Source of the DNA: Thermoanaerobaculia bacterium
GTDB taxonomy: Bacteria > Acidobacteriota > Thermoanaerobaculia > Multivoradales > JAHEKO01
Length of the DNA: 64,000 nt
Assembly (NCBI GenBank): GCA_947259725.1
Contig: CAMYNM010000015.1
Location: 4,227 to 68,226 of the forward strand
Reading direction: 5' to 3'
Numbering within the stretch: the first letter of the stretch is position 1; each line of letters begins with the position of its first letter. This document shows positions 18,582 through 27,191 of the stretch, one piece after another. The translations under genes and the position numbers were made by a program. A model generated the notes under the pieces. That model did not search any database, was not told where the DNA came from, and saw nothing but the letters and a program-made list of their open reading frames with translations.

Positions 18582-19391
18582 ATGCGCAAGGTCTCGGTGA
18601 ACGGCGTCGAGCTCGCTTACGTCGAGCTCGGACAAGGCGAGGAAACCGTCGTCTTCTCGCACAGCTACCTCGTCGACCACCGCCATTTCGAAGCCCAGAT
18701 CGAGGCGCTCAAGGACCGTTTCCGGGTGATCGCATTCGACCATCGTGATCACGGACAGAGTGGGCGGACGCCGGGTGCCTACACGCTCGACGATCTGGTC
18801 GCGGACGCCGCAGGTCTCATTCGGGCCACCCACTCCGCGCCCTGCCACTTCATTGGGCTGTCCACGGGCGGTTTTATCGGGCTGCGCCTCGCTCTAAGAA
18901 GTCCCGAGCTCTTGGCCAGCGTGGCGCTGATGGACACGTCGGCCGAGGCCGAACCGTGGCTCAAGCGCCTCAAGTACCGGGCCATGTTCCTGGTCCTGCG
19001 CACCCTGGGTTTCGACCCGCTCATGAAGAGCGTGATGGGGCTGATGTGCGGACCCGCCCTGCTCGATGACCCCCGCCGCGCCGATGAAGTGGCGCTCTGG
19101 CGCGACCGGATGCGCTCCAACGATCCGCAAGCTCTGATCCGGTTCGGCTCCGCGATCTTTGACCGACAGTGCTTGCTGTCCGAGCTCGGCGGCATCCGGA
19201 TTCCAACCCTGGTAATAGTGGGCGAGCATGATCGGCCGCAGCCGCCTGATCGCGCGCGCCGCATCGCGGCCGGCATCCCGGGCGCTAAGCTCACCATCGT
19301 GCCCGGTGCCGGACATCTCTCGACGATCGATGCGCCCGCCTTTGTGAGCTCGACGCTGGGCCGGTTTCTCGACGCCGCAGCGCCTGTCTGA
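18582..19391 (+). CDS. Alpha/beta-fold hydrolase
   Basis: Nucleophile elbow HFIGLSTGGFIG, HS oxyanion region VVFSHSYL, and C-terminal PGAGHLS His. Confidence 0.85.
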   Translation: MRKVSVNGVELAYVELGQGEETVVFSHSYLVDHRHFEAQIEALKDRFRVIAFDHRDHGQSGRTPGAYTLDDLVADAAGLIRATHSAPCHFIGLSTGGFIGLRLALRSPELLASVALMDTSAEAEPWLKRLKYRAMFLVLRTLGFDPLMKSVMGLMCGPALLDDPRRADEVALWRDRMRSNDPQALIRFGSAIFDRQCLLSELGGIRIPTLVIVGEHDRPQPPDRARRIAAGIPGAKLTIVPGAGHLSTIDAPAFVSSTLGRFLDAAAPV

Positions 19392-19410
19392 GCGCCCGAA
19401 GTCGCCGCGA

Positions 19411-19430
19411 CACCGCCTTTTGGGGCGGTG
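19411..19430 (+). terminator. Hairpin after the alpha/beta hydrolase gene
   Basis: CACCGCC-TTTTGG-GGCGGTG (7 bp) lies 20 nt after the stop. There is no downstream T-tract. Confidence 0.4.
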
Positions 19431-19485
19431 CCGTCCGGGCGCCGCGTCGCTAGACTGAAGAGCCGGCAACGGCAAGGAGGACGCC

Positions 19486-20208
19486 ATGGTTTGGAAGCTT
19501 ACAAGCGACAGCCGGATCTCGGCACGAGCCCTGGAGCGGCAGATGAACAATTGGGAGCTGGCTCGACGACAGCGCCTCGAGCGTTCGCGGGTGAGGGCCG
19601 AGGTCGAGGACTTCATCACGATCTCGAGGCAGCCCGGGATACCCGCCGAACGCATCGCCGACGTCCTCGCTACCCACTTCGGCTGGCCTGTTTTCGGTCG
19701 CGGCTTGCTCGAGGCCATGGCCGGCGACGACGCGGTGCGTCGCAGGATCTATCGATCGATGGACGAACGCGACTTGCACTGGTGGGAGGAAGCGCTTCGC
19801 GGCCTCCTTGACCGGGAGTTCAACGTCAACGACTACTTTCATCGCCTGAGCCACACGGTCTTGTCGCTGGCTCGTCAGAGCCCGTGCATCTTCGTCGGCC
19901 GCGGCTGCGATTTCATACTGCCGCGCCATCTCGGCCTCCGCGTCCGGCTGGTGGCGCCGCTCGAGCCTCGCATCGCCGCAGTCGCCGAGGAGCATGGCTG
20001 TTCGATGGAGGAGGCACAGCAACAGATCGAGCGCGTCCAGACCGGGCGCCTGGAGTACCTTCGCCGCCACTTCGGCGACCGCGCCTTCGCCGAGGAGAGA
20101 GCCGACCTGGTGATCAACCTCGGGCGCTGGGACGCGGACGGAACAATCGAGGTGATCCTGGAGGCGTATCACAAGCGCCTGCGGCCGGCGGTAGCGGCCG
20201 CTTCATAG
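19486..20208 (+). CDS. Cytidylate-kinase-like family protein
   Basis: FITISRQPGIPAERIADVLA and CIFVGRGCDFILP resemble the cytidylate-kinase-like (PF13189-type) family. AAGGAGGA SD and a CTAGACT box (19450-19456) lie upstream. Confidence 0.65.
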   Translation: MVWKLTSDSRISARALERQMNNWELARRQRLERSRVRAEVEDFITISRQPGIPAERIADVLATHFGWPVFGRGLLEAMAGDDAVRRRIYRSMDERDLHWWEEALRGLLDREFNVNDYFHRLSHTVLSLARQSPCIFVGRGCDFILPRHLGLRVRLVAPLEPRIAAVAEEHGCSMEEAQQQIERVQTGRLEYLRRHFGDRAFAEERADLVINLGRWDADGTIEVILEAYHKRLRPAVAAAS

Positions 20209-20253
20209 ATCGACCTTCACATCGTCGCAGGCGCCCGGCCTCGGCCCGCCGGT

Positions 20254-20697
20254 CTACGGGCAGTACTTGCTCCCCCGGTCGAAGATGACCCGCCAAGCGC
20301 CGCCCTCTTCGAGCCGCCAAATCGACGTAAAGGTCGAGACCCGGCCGCCCGCGGCGTCGTAGACCGGCCCGGTGCTGATCGCGAGCGTACCGGACTCCAA
20401 CACTTCCACGGTCTCCGGCTCCCAGGAGAACGGCGCGGCCGGGCCCTCGAAGAAGACCTTCCAGGCCTCCGCTACCTGCGCGCTCCCGCGCAGCGTCGTC
20501 GTGCCCAGGAAGACAGCTTCCTCCGACAAGAACGAAGCGAAGGCGTCGTGGTCACGGTCGGCCATGGTCTGGGCGAAGGCCCGCTCGACGGCTTCCACCT
20601 GGCCCTGAAGCTCGGCCGGGGCGAGATCGGCATGAAGTACCGAACTTCCGATCAGGAGAACCGACGCGATCGTCGAACTTTGGATCAAGACTGTCAT
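20254..20697 (-). CDS. Secreted SnoaL-like / DUF4440 (NTF2-fold) protein
   Basis: Signal peptide. VERAFAQTMADRDHDAFASFLSEEAVFLG is typical of the DUF4440/SnoaL-like fold. Confidence 0.7.
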   Translation of the reverse strand: MTVLIQSSTIASVLLIGSSVLHADLAPAELQGQVEAVERAFAQTMADRDHDAFASFLSEEAVFLGTTTLRGSAQVAEAWKVFFEGPAAPFSWEPETVEVLESGTLAISTGPVYDAAGGRVSTFTSIWRLEEGGAWRVIFDRGSKYCP

Positions 20698-20870
20698 TGG
20701 TGTCCTCCCGCGTTGGAGTCGTAGGCGTCCTAGCTTGCCACCGTGGATCCTACCGAGGTCATTCGTCGGGTTCGGTCAAGTCGAACCGCACCAGCGCCTC
20801 GATCGGGTCTGACCCGTTGCGACCGTTCTGTCCTCGACGCCTCCTCGCGCCGACGCGCCTTCCCGCGCTA

Positions 20871-22535
20871 CTAAGGCCGTACCTCGACTCTGGTCGAGAG
20901 GACGTTTCCGGTCGGCACATCGCGCACGGTCACGATCAGATCATGTTGCTCGCGACGAAGGGTGACTTTCATCTCGTAGTAGATGAAGCTGGTGTCCTCC
21001 GGGTAGACCGGGGCAAACAGCGGAGCGGCGAGCTTCGCCGGCAAAGTCACCACGTCCGAGAGCGTATCGCGACGGTCACGCACGCCGAGCGAGATCTCGA
21101 CGTTCGCCAGAAGCTTCCCGCCGACGGGCACCATCGTGATGCGGCGGGACGGGATCCCGATCGTGACCGGAAGCGTCATCTGGCGTCTGGAGGCGGGACG
21201 GGGCTCGCCGACCTCGATCGACAGCTCGCTCGCCCGGTCGCCTCCGGCGAGCAGCAACCCGCCTTCGACCAGCATCTTGGTCTCCGCGAATCGCGAGAGA
21301 TCGACAAATTCTCTCCGAGCGCGAACCTCGAGACCAGGCTCGAGGACATCGATCTCGACGCCATGGCGCCGGTCGTCGGCGCGCACCACGGCAGTGAAGC
21401 CGATCCAGTAGTACGACCGGGTATCGGCCACGGCCTCCTCCAGAGCGCGCGACCGAAGATCGTTGAGCAGCGCCCGGCCGCCGGTCCGGCGGGCCAGCTC
21501 GAGCAGCACGGCTTCCTCGCTTCGCTCCGAGGAACCGAAGCCGGCGCCCACGGCATCCGCGTCGGCTGCCGGCCCGCTCCAGCCCAAACCCGCGACGTCG
21601 ATCGGGTAGAGCGTGAAGCCGAGGTGATTGGCGGTGTCGGCGAGCGCCGCGTACGGGTCGAAACCGGCACGGAACCGAAGCAGCTCGAGCCCGTCTTCCC
21701 GGTCCTCGCGGAAGCCAAAAAGCGCAGGATCGCCGCGCTCGAGCCCCTCGGGCTCGAGCGGCCAACCTCCCGACAGCAGCAGCATCGCCTTGCGCCCCTC
21801 GGGCGCGGACAGGCCGCGCATCCCGGAAGCTGCGGCGTTGACCAGAACCTCGATCTGTCCGCGCAGCTCGGCCCGGCGATTCTCGATCATCGACGCGGGA
21901 ACCCTGTCCTCCTCCAGACCGAAGCGACTCGAATCCTCTAAGGCGCCGCGGCCGGGCAGCCGGGAAAGAAAGCTCCGCCTCTCCATCCGCCGCCATACGC
22001 CACCCGTAGCTCGTTCGGCGGCGCTCGCGAAGGCCAATCGCAACTGGCTCGCGGATCGGGTCCAGCCGCTCAGAATCTCCAGGCGGCGCCCGTCGAAGGC
22101 CAGGATCGCCATCTGGTCGCTCGGGCCGAGTCCCTCGATCTGCTCGGCCAACCGCTTCAAGACGACGTTTCGCTGTGCCTTGATCGCGAAGAAATCGTCG
22201 ACGAAAACCAGAAAGTGCGTCGGCACGGTGCGTCCGTTGCTTCCCTGGATCGTCAGATCGAGCGGGAGCCCACCGCCGTCACTCGGGTCTCCATCTCGAA
22301 TCTCCGAGAAGAACTCGATCGGTACCGTGGCGCCGTCCACGGCGAGACGAAAGCTCTCTCGGGTGAGGCCCTCGACCCGCTTGCCATCGCGATCAGAGAC
22401 CACCGCTTCGACGTTGATCACCCGTACCTCGATGGCCTCCTCGAAGACCGGCGGAAGCTCCTGTGCCGTGGAGCTAGCACCGATCAAGGCCGACAAAGCG
22501 TAGGCCACCAGCGAGTCGCGATTCATCCTGTTCAT
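20871..22535 (-). CDS. VWA-domain protein, acidobacterial TIGR03436 type
   Basis: N-terminal FEEAIEVRVINVEAVVSDRDGKRVEGLTRESFRLAVDG followed by the VWA-like core FLVFVDD...LAFDGR. Start set at MNRMNRDSLVAYALSAL (signal peptide); the ORF is open to 22610. Confidence 0.8.
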   Translation of the reverse strand: MNRMNRDSLVAYALSALIGASSTAQELPPVFEEAIEVRVINVEAVVSDRDGKRVEGLTRESFRLAVDGATVPIEFFSEIRDGDPSDGGGLPLDLTIQGSNGRTVPTHFLVFVDDFFAIKAQRNVVLKRLAEQIEGLGPSDQMAILAFDGRRLEILSGWTRSASQLRLAFASAAERATGGVWRRMERRSFLSRLPGRGALEDSSRFGLEEDRVPASMIENRRAELRGQIEVLVNAAASGMRGLSAPEGRKAMLLLSGGWPLEPEGLERGDPALFGFREDREDGLELLRFRAGFDPYAALADTANHLGFTLYPIDVAGLGWSGPAADADAVGAGFGSSERSEEAVLLELARRTGGRALLNDLRSRALEEAVADTRSYYWIGFTAVVRADDRRHGVEIDVLEPGLEVRARREFVDLSRFAETKMLVEGGLLLAGGDRASELSIEVGEPRPASRRQMTLPVTIGIPSRRITMVPVGGKLLANVEISLGVRDRRDTLSDVVTLPAKLAAPLFAPVYPEDTSFIYYEMKVTLRREQHDLIVTVRDVPTGNVLSTRVEVRP

Positions 22536-22946
22536 AATACGGATGGCGAGCCACTCATGGCTTGCCCTAGCGTCGAAGAGAAGAGACCGGACGCTGCGGG
22601 ATTCTCGCACGGATGACCGCCGGCGAGCATCAGCCGGGGCCGCTCTTCAATAGTTCCCTCAGACCCTTTTCACGAGTCGACGGTTGACGACCGGGCCGGA
22701 CCGCTCGCGATTCAATTTTCTGCATCGAGTGCCCAGAATCTTGAAGTCGCGCCGATCTCGTGTTGGGCTCGGCAACACCGATTGTTTTTGACGCTTCGCG
22801 GCAACTCAATGCCGCGACTCGGCATACGGGTGCATATTCTTGAATCGACTCGACAACATCGTCGAGCCTCAGCGCCCGATCTAGATCTCTAACTTGCTGT
22901 TCTAAAACGGTTTATGACGTTGTAAGAATTTCGTGGCAGTGGCATT

Positions 22947-23029
22947 CCGCTTGCGTCAAAAGCCGTTCATGAGGGTTCGACGTCCACTCAAGCTCCCTCC
23001 AGTCAAGCCGGGCGCTTGACGCGAAGCGG
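22947..23029 (+). promoter_or_regulatory. Candidate structured 5'-leader element upstream of the TonB-dependent receptor gene
   Basis: CCGCTTGCGTCAA (22947-22959) pairs with TTGACGCGAAGCGG (23016-23029), giving 13 bp with one bulge. This encloses an inner GAGGG/CCCTC hairpin (22971-22999). It lies about 105 nt upstream of ATG 23134 in a low-GC 520-bp divergent intergenic region. Confidence 0.35.
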
Positions 23030-23133
23030 CAGTCTTCATTCGAGCCCCGGCTTCCTCCCCTGAAACGCAGTCGGTTTCCACCAACTCTTCCGGCGCGTTC
23101 GCCGGCAGATGAAGAACTCAAGGAGGTATTGAA

Positions 23134-26100
23134 ATGAGTTGCAGACTCAACAAGCTGTATCTCGGCTTCGCCGTGGCTGCCCTCCTGCTCGTCTCGGCAC
23201 CCATCGGTGCTCAGGAGCAGACCGGCAGCCTCGAGGGAGTCGTGCGCGACGTCCAAGGCGAGATGCTGCCGGGCGTTACCGTCGAAGCGACGAGCCCGAA
23301 CCTGATGGGCACCGCGGTAGCCGTCACCGACGGTCGCGGCTCCTTCAGGTTTCCGGCCCTTCCCCCCGGCGTCTACACCGTGGTCGCCACCCTCGAGGGG
23401 TTCAACCCCTCAGGCGCGGCAGACATCGACCTCGGCCTCGGCGCGGTGCTCAAGCTCTCGATCACGCTCGAAACCGGCGCCATCACCGAGGCGATCACCG
23501 TGACCGGCGAGTCGCCGTTGATCGACGTGCGGCAGAGCGCCACGGCCACCAGCCTCAGCGCCGAGATGATCGAGGTTCTGCCCAAGGGGCGCGACTTCAC
23601 GTCGGTAGCCGCCTACACTACCCACGCGGCGGCCGAGAATGCGTCAGGGGGAATCCAGATCACCGGCTCGAGCGGCGCCGAGAACCGTTTCATCGTCGAT
23701 GGCATCGACACCACCGATCTTCAGATCGGCACTTCGGCCAAAGGCGTCATCACCGAGTTCGTCGAAGAGGTACAGGTCAAGGCCAGCGGTTACGCGGCCG
23801 AGTACGGTGGCTCGACCGGCGGTGTTCTCAACGTCGTGACCAAGAGCGGCGGCAATGAGTTCAGGGGCGACGTCCGGGCTCTCTACACCTCGGACTCGCT
23901 GATCGGCGACGCCCGGCCAGTCCTGCAGCTCAACGTCGACAATTCAGACATCGCCGAGCACATGACCTACCGCGACGACGGCTTCGATCAGCTGGAGCCG
24001 GGCTTCTCGCTGGGTGGCCCGATCCTGCGCGACAAGGTCTGGTTCTTCACCAGCTATCAGCCGCAGGAGCGGAGCATCGATCGCACGATCGACTTCACCA
24101 CCGGCGAGACACGGACCTTCAGTCAGAAACGGACGTTCGACTACGGTACCGCCAACGTCAGCGGCAACATCGGCTCGAAGGCTCTCTTCAAGGTGGGCGC
24201 CAATTTCAGCCCCTATGACGAGGACAACATCCTGCCGGGCCGCAACGGCCGGCAGAATCCCGACGCCAACTACGACATCAACGAGAAGCGGGACAATCAA
24301 GCCTTCTCGGGCTATCTCGACTACTTGCCGACCTCGAAGCTCATGCTGAGCGTCCGCGGCGGCCTGTTCGAGTACGACGTCCGCGAGACCGGTGTTCCCA
24401 ACGAGCTCTGGCAGAACTACTCGACGCTGGGCGCGAACGCCTGCGAGTCCTTCCCCGAGCTTCCCTCGACGCTGTGCAACCCGCCCGGCTGGAGCAACAT
24501 CTCGACCAACGACGGCACCGCGTACGACATCTTCCGTCGTAAGAGCGCCGCACTCGAGGGGTCGTATTTCGGCGAGGGCCTGGGCGACCATCGCGTCAAG
24601 GCCGGAATCCAGTACAACGAGATCTCCAATCTGGTGCTCGACGGCTACCAGGCGGGCCGGATTCTCTACTACTGGGATCGGTCCTACACGACCACCACGG
24701 GCGAGCAGGTGAGAGGCGACTACGGCTATTTCCGTCTGCTGCAGATCGCAACCCAGGGTGACGTCGGCAGCGAGAACCTCGCGCTGTTCCTACAGGACAG
24801 CTGGGCGGTCAACGATCGGCTGACCTTGAACCTCGGCCTCCGGGCGGAGGAAGAGAAGGTGCCGTCCTACGCCGGCCCTCAGGACCTCACCGGCATTCCC
24901 GAGACCGCGATCGACTTCAGCTTCAGCGACAAGTTGGCGCCGCGTCTGGGCTTTGCCTACGACGTCAAGGGTGACGGAGTCTGGAAGGCTTACGGCAGCT
25001 ACGGCGTGTTCTACGACATCACCAAGCTCGAGATGCCGCGAGGCTCTTTCGGCGGCGACAAGTGGGTGGACTTCTTCTTCACCTTCGACAACCCCGACAT
25101 CAGCCTCAACGACGTCGGAAGCTGTGCACTGGACACCAACACCCTGGGCGACAATCCGATCTGCGGAGGAGGCTCGCTCATCGAAGCGGTGGATCGCCGG
25201 CACCCGTCGAATGATCCGAACGATCCGACGATCGATCCCAACCTCAAGCCCATGGAGTCGCGCGAATACACCCTCGGCCTCGAGCGCGAGATCAACTCGC
25301 GCATGTCGGCGGGATTCCGCTACGTTCACAAGGAGCTGAGGCGCACCATCGAGGACGTCGGCATTCTGGTCCCCGGAGTCGGCGAGGTCTACTACATCGC
25401 CAACCCCGGCGAGGGCGTGGCCGAGAACATTCTCGGGCCGGAGTTCCCAAACCAGCCCAAAGCGGTGCGGGACTACGACGGTCTCGAGCTCGAGCTCACC
25501 CGGCGCTTCGCCGACAACTGGTCGTTGCATGCGAGCTACCTCTACAGCGAGCTCGAGGGCAACTACTCGGGCCTGGCGAGCTCGGATGAGGTCAGCGGCT
25601 ACGGCGCCGACACCGCCAACTTCGGCATCGGCCGCCGGTCCCCCAACGTCAACCGCTACTTCGATGCCCTGCAGCAGAGCTTCGACCAGAACGGTAACCC
25701 GGTCTACGGCAAGCTGTCGACCGATCGGCCGCATCAGTTCAAGGCCCAGGCCCTGTACCAGTTCCCGGTCGGCACCTCCTTGGGTGTCAATCAGTATTTC
25801 GGCAGCGGCACCCCGGTGTCGCGAGAGCTCAGTGTCGCTCCCGGCCTGCCCTTCTTCCCGGACGGGCGAGGCTCCGAGGGTCGAACGCCGACGCTCACCC
25901 AGACCGACCTCTACCTGGCCCACAAGTTCGAGTTCGACAAGTACGGACTCGAGCTCAGCCTGAACGTGCTCAACCTCCTCGACGAGGACACCCCGATCGT
26001 CGTCTGGAACCTCCAGACGACCTCGGAGGACCTGCCTCTTTCGGAGGAGGAGTTCTTCGCCGGTTTCGAGGCCGATCAGGTGATCGCCGACAACGATGTC

Positions 26101-26181
26101 CAGCTCGACCCGCGCTTCGGCCTGAACGAGGTGTTTCAGGCGCCGCGCGAGGTCCGGTTCGGCGTCAAGTTCATCTTCTAG
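23134..26181 (+). CDS. TonB-dependent outer-membrane receptor with an N-terminal carboxypeptidase-regulatory-like domain
   Basis: AAGGAGG SD. Signal peptide. CarboxypepD_reg-like GSLEGVVRDVQGEMLPGVTVEATS...PGVYTVVATLEGF. Plug region (ITVTGESPLID) and a beta-barrel ending in ...REVRFGVKFIF with a terminal Phe. Confidence 0.9.
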   Translation: MSCRLNKLYLGFAVAALLLVSAPIGAQEQTGSLEGVVRDVQGEMLPGVTVEATSPNLMGTAVAVTDGRGSFRFPALPPGVYTVVATLEGFNPSGAADIDLGLGAVLKLSITLETGAITEAITVTGESPLIDVRQSATATSLSAEMIEVLPKGRDFTSVAAYTTHAAAENASGGIQITGSSGAENRFIVDGIDTTDLQIGTSAKGVITEFVEEVQVKASGYAAEYGGSTGGVLNVVTKSGGNEFRGDVRALYTSDSLIGDARPVLQLNVDNSDIAEHMTYRDDGFDQLEPGFSLGGPILRDKVWFFTSYQPQERSIDRTIDFTTGETRTFSQKRTFDYGTANVSGNIGSKALFKVGANFSPYDEDNILPGRNGRQNPDANYDINEKRDNQAFSGYLDYLPTSKLMLSVRGGLFEYDVRETGVPNELWQNYSTLGANACESFPELPSTLCNPPGWSNISTNDGTAYDIFRRKSAALEGSYFGEGLGDHRVKAGIQYNEISNLVLDGYQAGRILYYWDRSYTTTTGEQVRGDYGYFRLLQIATQGDVGSENLALFLQDSWAVNDRLTLNLGLRAEEEKVPSYAGPQDLTGIPETAIDFSFSDKLAPRLGFAYDVKGDGVWKAYGSYGVFYDITKLEMPRGSFGGDKWVDFFFTFDNPDISLNDVGSCALDTNTLGDNPICGGGSLIEAVDRRHPSNDPNDPTIDPNLKPMESREYTLGLEREINSRMSAGFRYVHKELRRTIEDVGILVPGVGEVYYIANPGEGVAENILGPEFPNQPKAVRDYDGLELELTRRFADNWSLHASYLYSELEGNYSGLASSDEVSGYGADTANFGIGRRSPNVNRYFDALQQSFDQNGNPVYGKLSTDRPHQFKAQALYQFPVGTSLGVNQYFGSGTPVSRELSVAPGLPFFPDGRGSEGRTPTLTQTDLYLAHKFEFDKYGLELSLNVLNLLDEDTPIVVWNLQTTSEDLPLSEEEFFAGFEADQVIADNDVQLDPRFGLNEVFQAPREVRFGVKFIF

Positions 26182-26215
26182 GAGCGACCGGCCGCTACGC
26201 GGACGCGAGCTCAAC

Positions 26216-26248
26216 GGCGAGGGCCGGCCGGCCCTCGCCGTCTTGTTT
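26216..26248 (+). terminator. Rho-independent terminator of the TonB receptor gene
   Basis: Perfect 10-bp GC stem GGCGAGGGCC / GGCCCTCGCC with a GGCC loop, followed by GTCTTGTTT. It lies 35 nt after the stop. Confidence 0.7.
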
Positions 26249-26281
26249 GGCGGAGCCCGAGCCGATCCCGTCCGGGCCTTG

Positions 26282-26310
26282 TTGCCGGCGCTCGCTCTTC
26301 GGCTTATGAT
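26282..26310 (+). promoter_or_regulatory. Sigma70-like promoter TTGCCG-17-TATGAT
   Basis: -35 TTGCCG (26282-26287), 17-nt spacer, -10 TATGAT (26305-26310). The GTG start at 26322 is only 11 nt downstream, so the leader would be very short. Confidence 0.45.
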
Positions 26311-26321
26311 CGCTGCCTCTC

Positions 26322-27008
26322 GTGCGGTTTGTTTCTCGATCTCGATCCTTCCTGGGTGTCCTGGTTTGCCTGATGGCAGTCGGACTGCCCGCCGGCGCTA
26401 CAGCAGACGGACCGGACCTTCGACTTCTCTGGTACGACCCGGAGAACCTGCTTCCCCAGGGGTTCAACGCCATTTCTCGCAACTTCGAGACGATGTTCCG
26501 TGAGGTCGGCGCCGCGGTGACGCTCGAGCGCGCCACTGGAATCGAAGGAAGCTCCGAGCGCAGCGCCCTTCGAGTCATTGCAGTGAGCCGGATCCCCTCC
26601 GCCTGGAAGCTCGGGTCGGATGTCCTTGCGGTCGCGCCCGATCCCTCGGTCCGCCAGAAGAGCGTCTATGTGATCGTTCCACGAGTGCGCCGGGAGCTCG
26701 GCCACACCGGGCGGCGCGGCGCCGGCACGGATCTTCTCCAACGCCAGGTCGAGTTGGGGCGAGCTCTGCCGCGCCTCATCGCCCACGAGCTGGTTCACGC
26801 GGTGGCGCCCGCCCACCCGCACGCTAAGAGCGGGCTGATGCGCGCGCGCCAGGGGCGATCCTTCCTGCTCCGGCAGAAGATGCACATGGACCCCGCGTGC
26901 ATCGAAGCCTTCAGACAGGGACTCGCGAGCCGCGCGCGGGCGAGTCGCTACGAGGCCGATCCAGCGACCGAAGGCGCTTCGAATCTGGCGGCTTCCGCAG
27001 GCCGCTGA
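26322..27008 (+). CDS. Secreted putative zinc metalloprotease (minimal metzincin-like HExxHxxxxxH)
   Basis: Signal peptide MRFVSRSRSFLGVLVCLMAVGLPAGA. HELVHAVAPAH has metzincin spacing (Ala replaces the usual Gly) and is followed by SGLM, a possible Met-turn. Confidence 0.55.
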   Translation: MRFVSRSRSFLGVLVCLMAVGLPAGATADGPDLRLLWYDPENLLPQGFNAISRNFETMFREVGAAVTLERATGIEGSSERSALRVIAVSRIPSAWKLGSDVLAVAPDPSVRQKSVYVIVPRVRRELGHTGRRGAGTDLLQRQVELGRALPRLIAHELVHAVAPAHPHAKSGLMRARQGRSFLLRQKMHMDPACIEAFRQGLASRARASRYEADPATEGASNLAASAGR

Positions 27009-27191
27009 CGCCGCAACGCCGGCCCCGAGGGGCGATCCTGAACGTATTCCCGCCAATGGTAAGCTTCTCTTGGCGCTTGCGCTGGCAGTGGCCTTCAAAG
27101 TCTCGAGAATGTCATTTTCGTGACATTCTGGCCGAGGGTGGCTGCGGTCGCCTCGGGGCACTCGCCGCCGCGGGCGCCGCTTTTCCAGACC

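Noticed and set aside
22974-22980. GGTTCGA (T-loop-like) in the large intergenic region, considered as a possible tRNA.
   Set aside because: The flanking bases do not form a T-arm (GAGGG versus TCCAC), and no acceptor, D or anticodon arms can be drawn. I saw no tRNA-like cloverleaf anywhere in the window.
22900-23133. Cobalamin (B12) or another known riboswitch upstream of the TonB-dependent receptor.
   Set aside because: I could not find the B12 box or the conserved GCCACTG core, nor TPP, SAM or other class signatures. I report only a generic structured element.
22912-23256. 114-aa minus-strand ORF spanning the TonB-receptor start region.
   Set aside because: It overlaps the receptor SD, start and signal-peptide coding region in antisense. 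Its composition is not protein-like and it has no SD.
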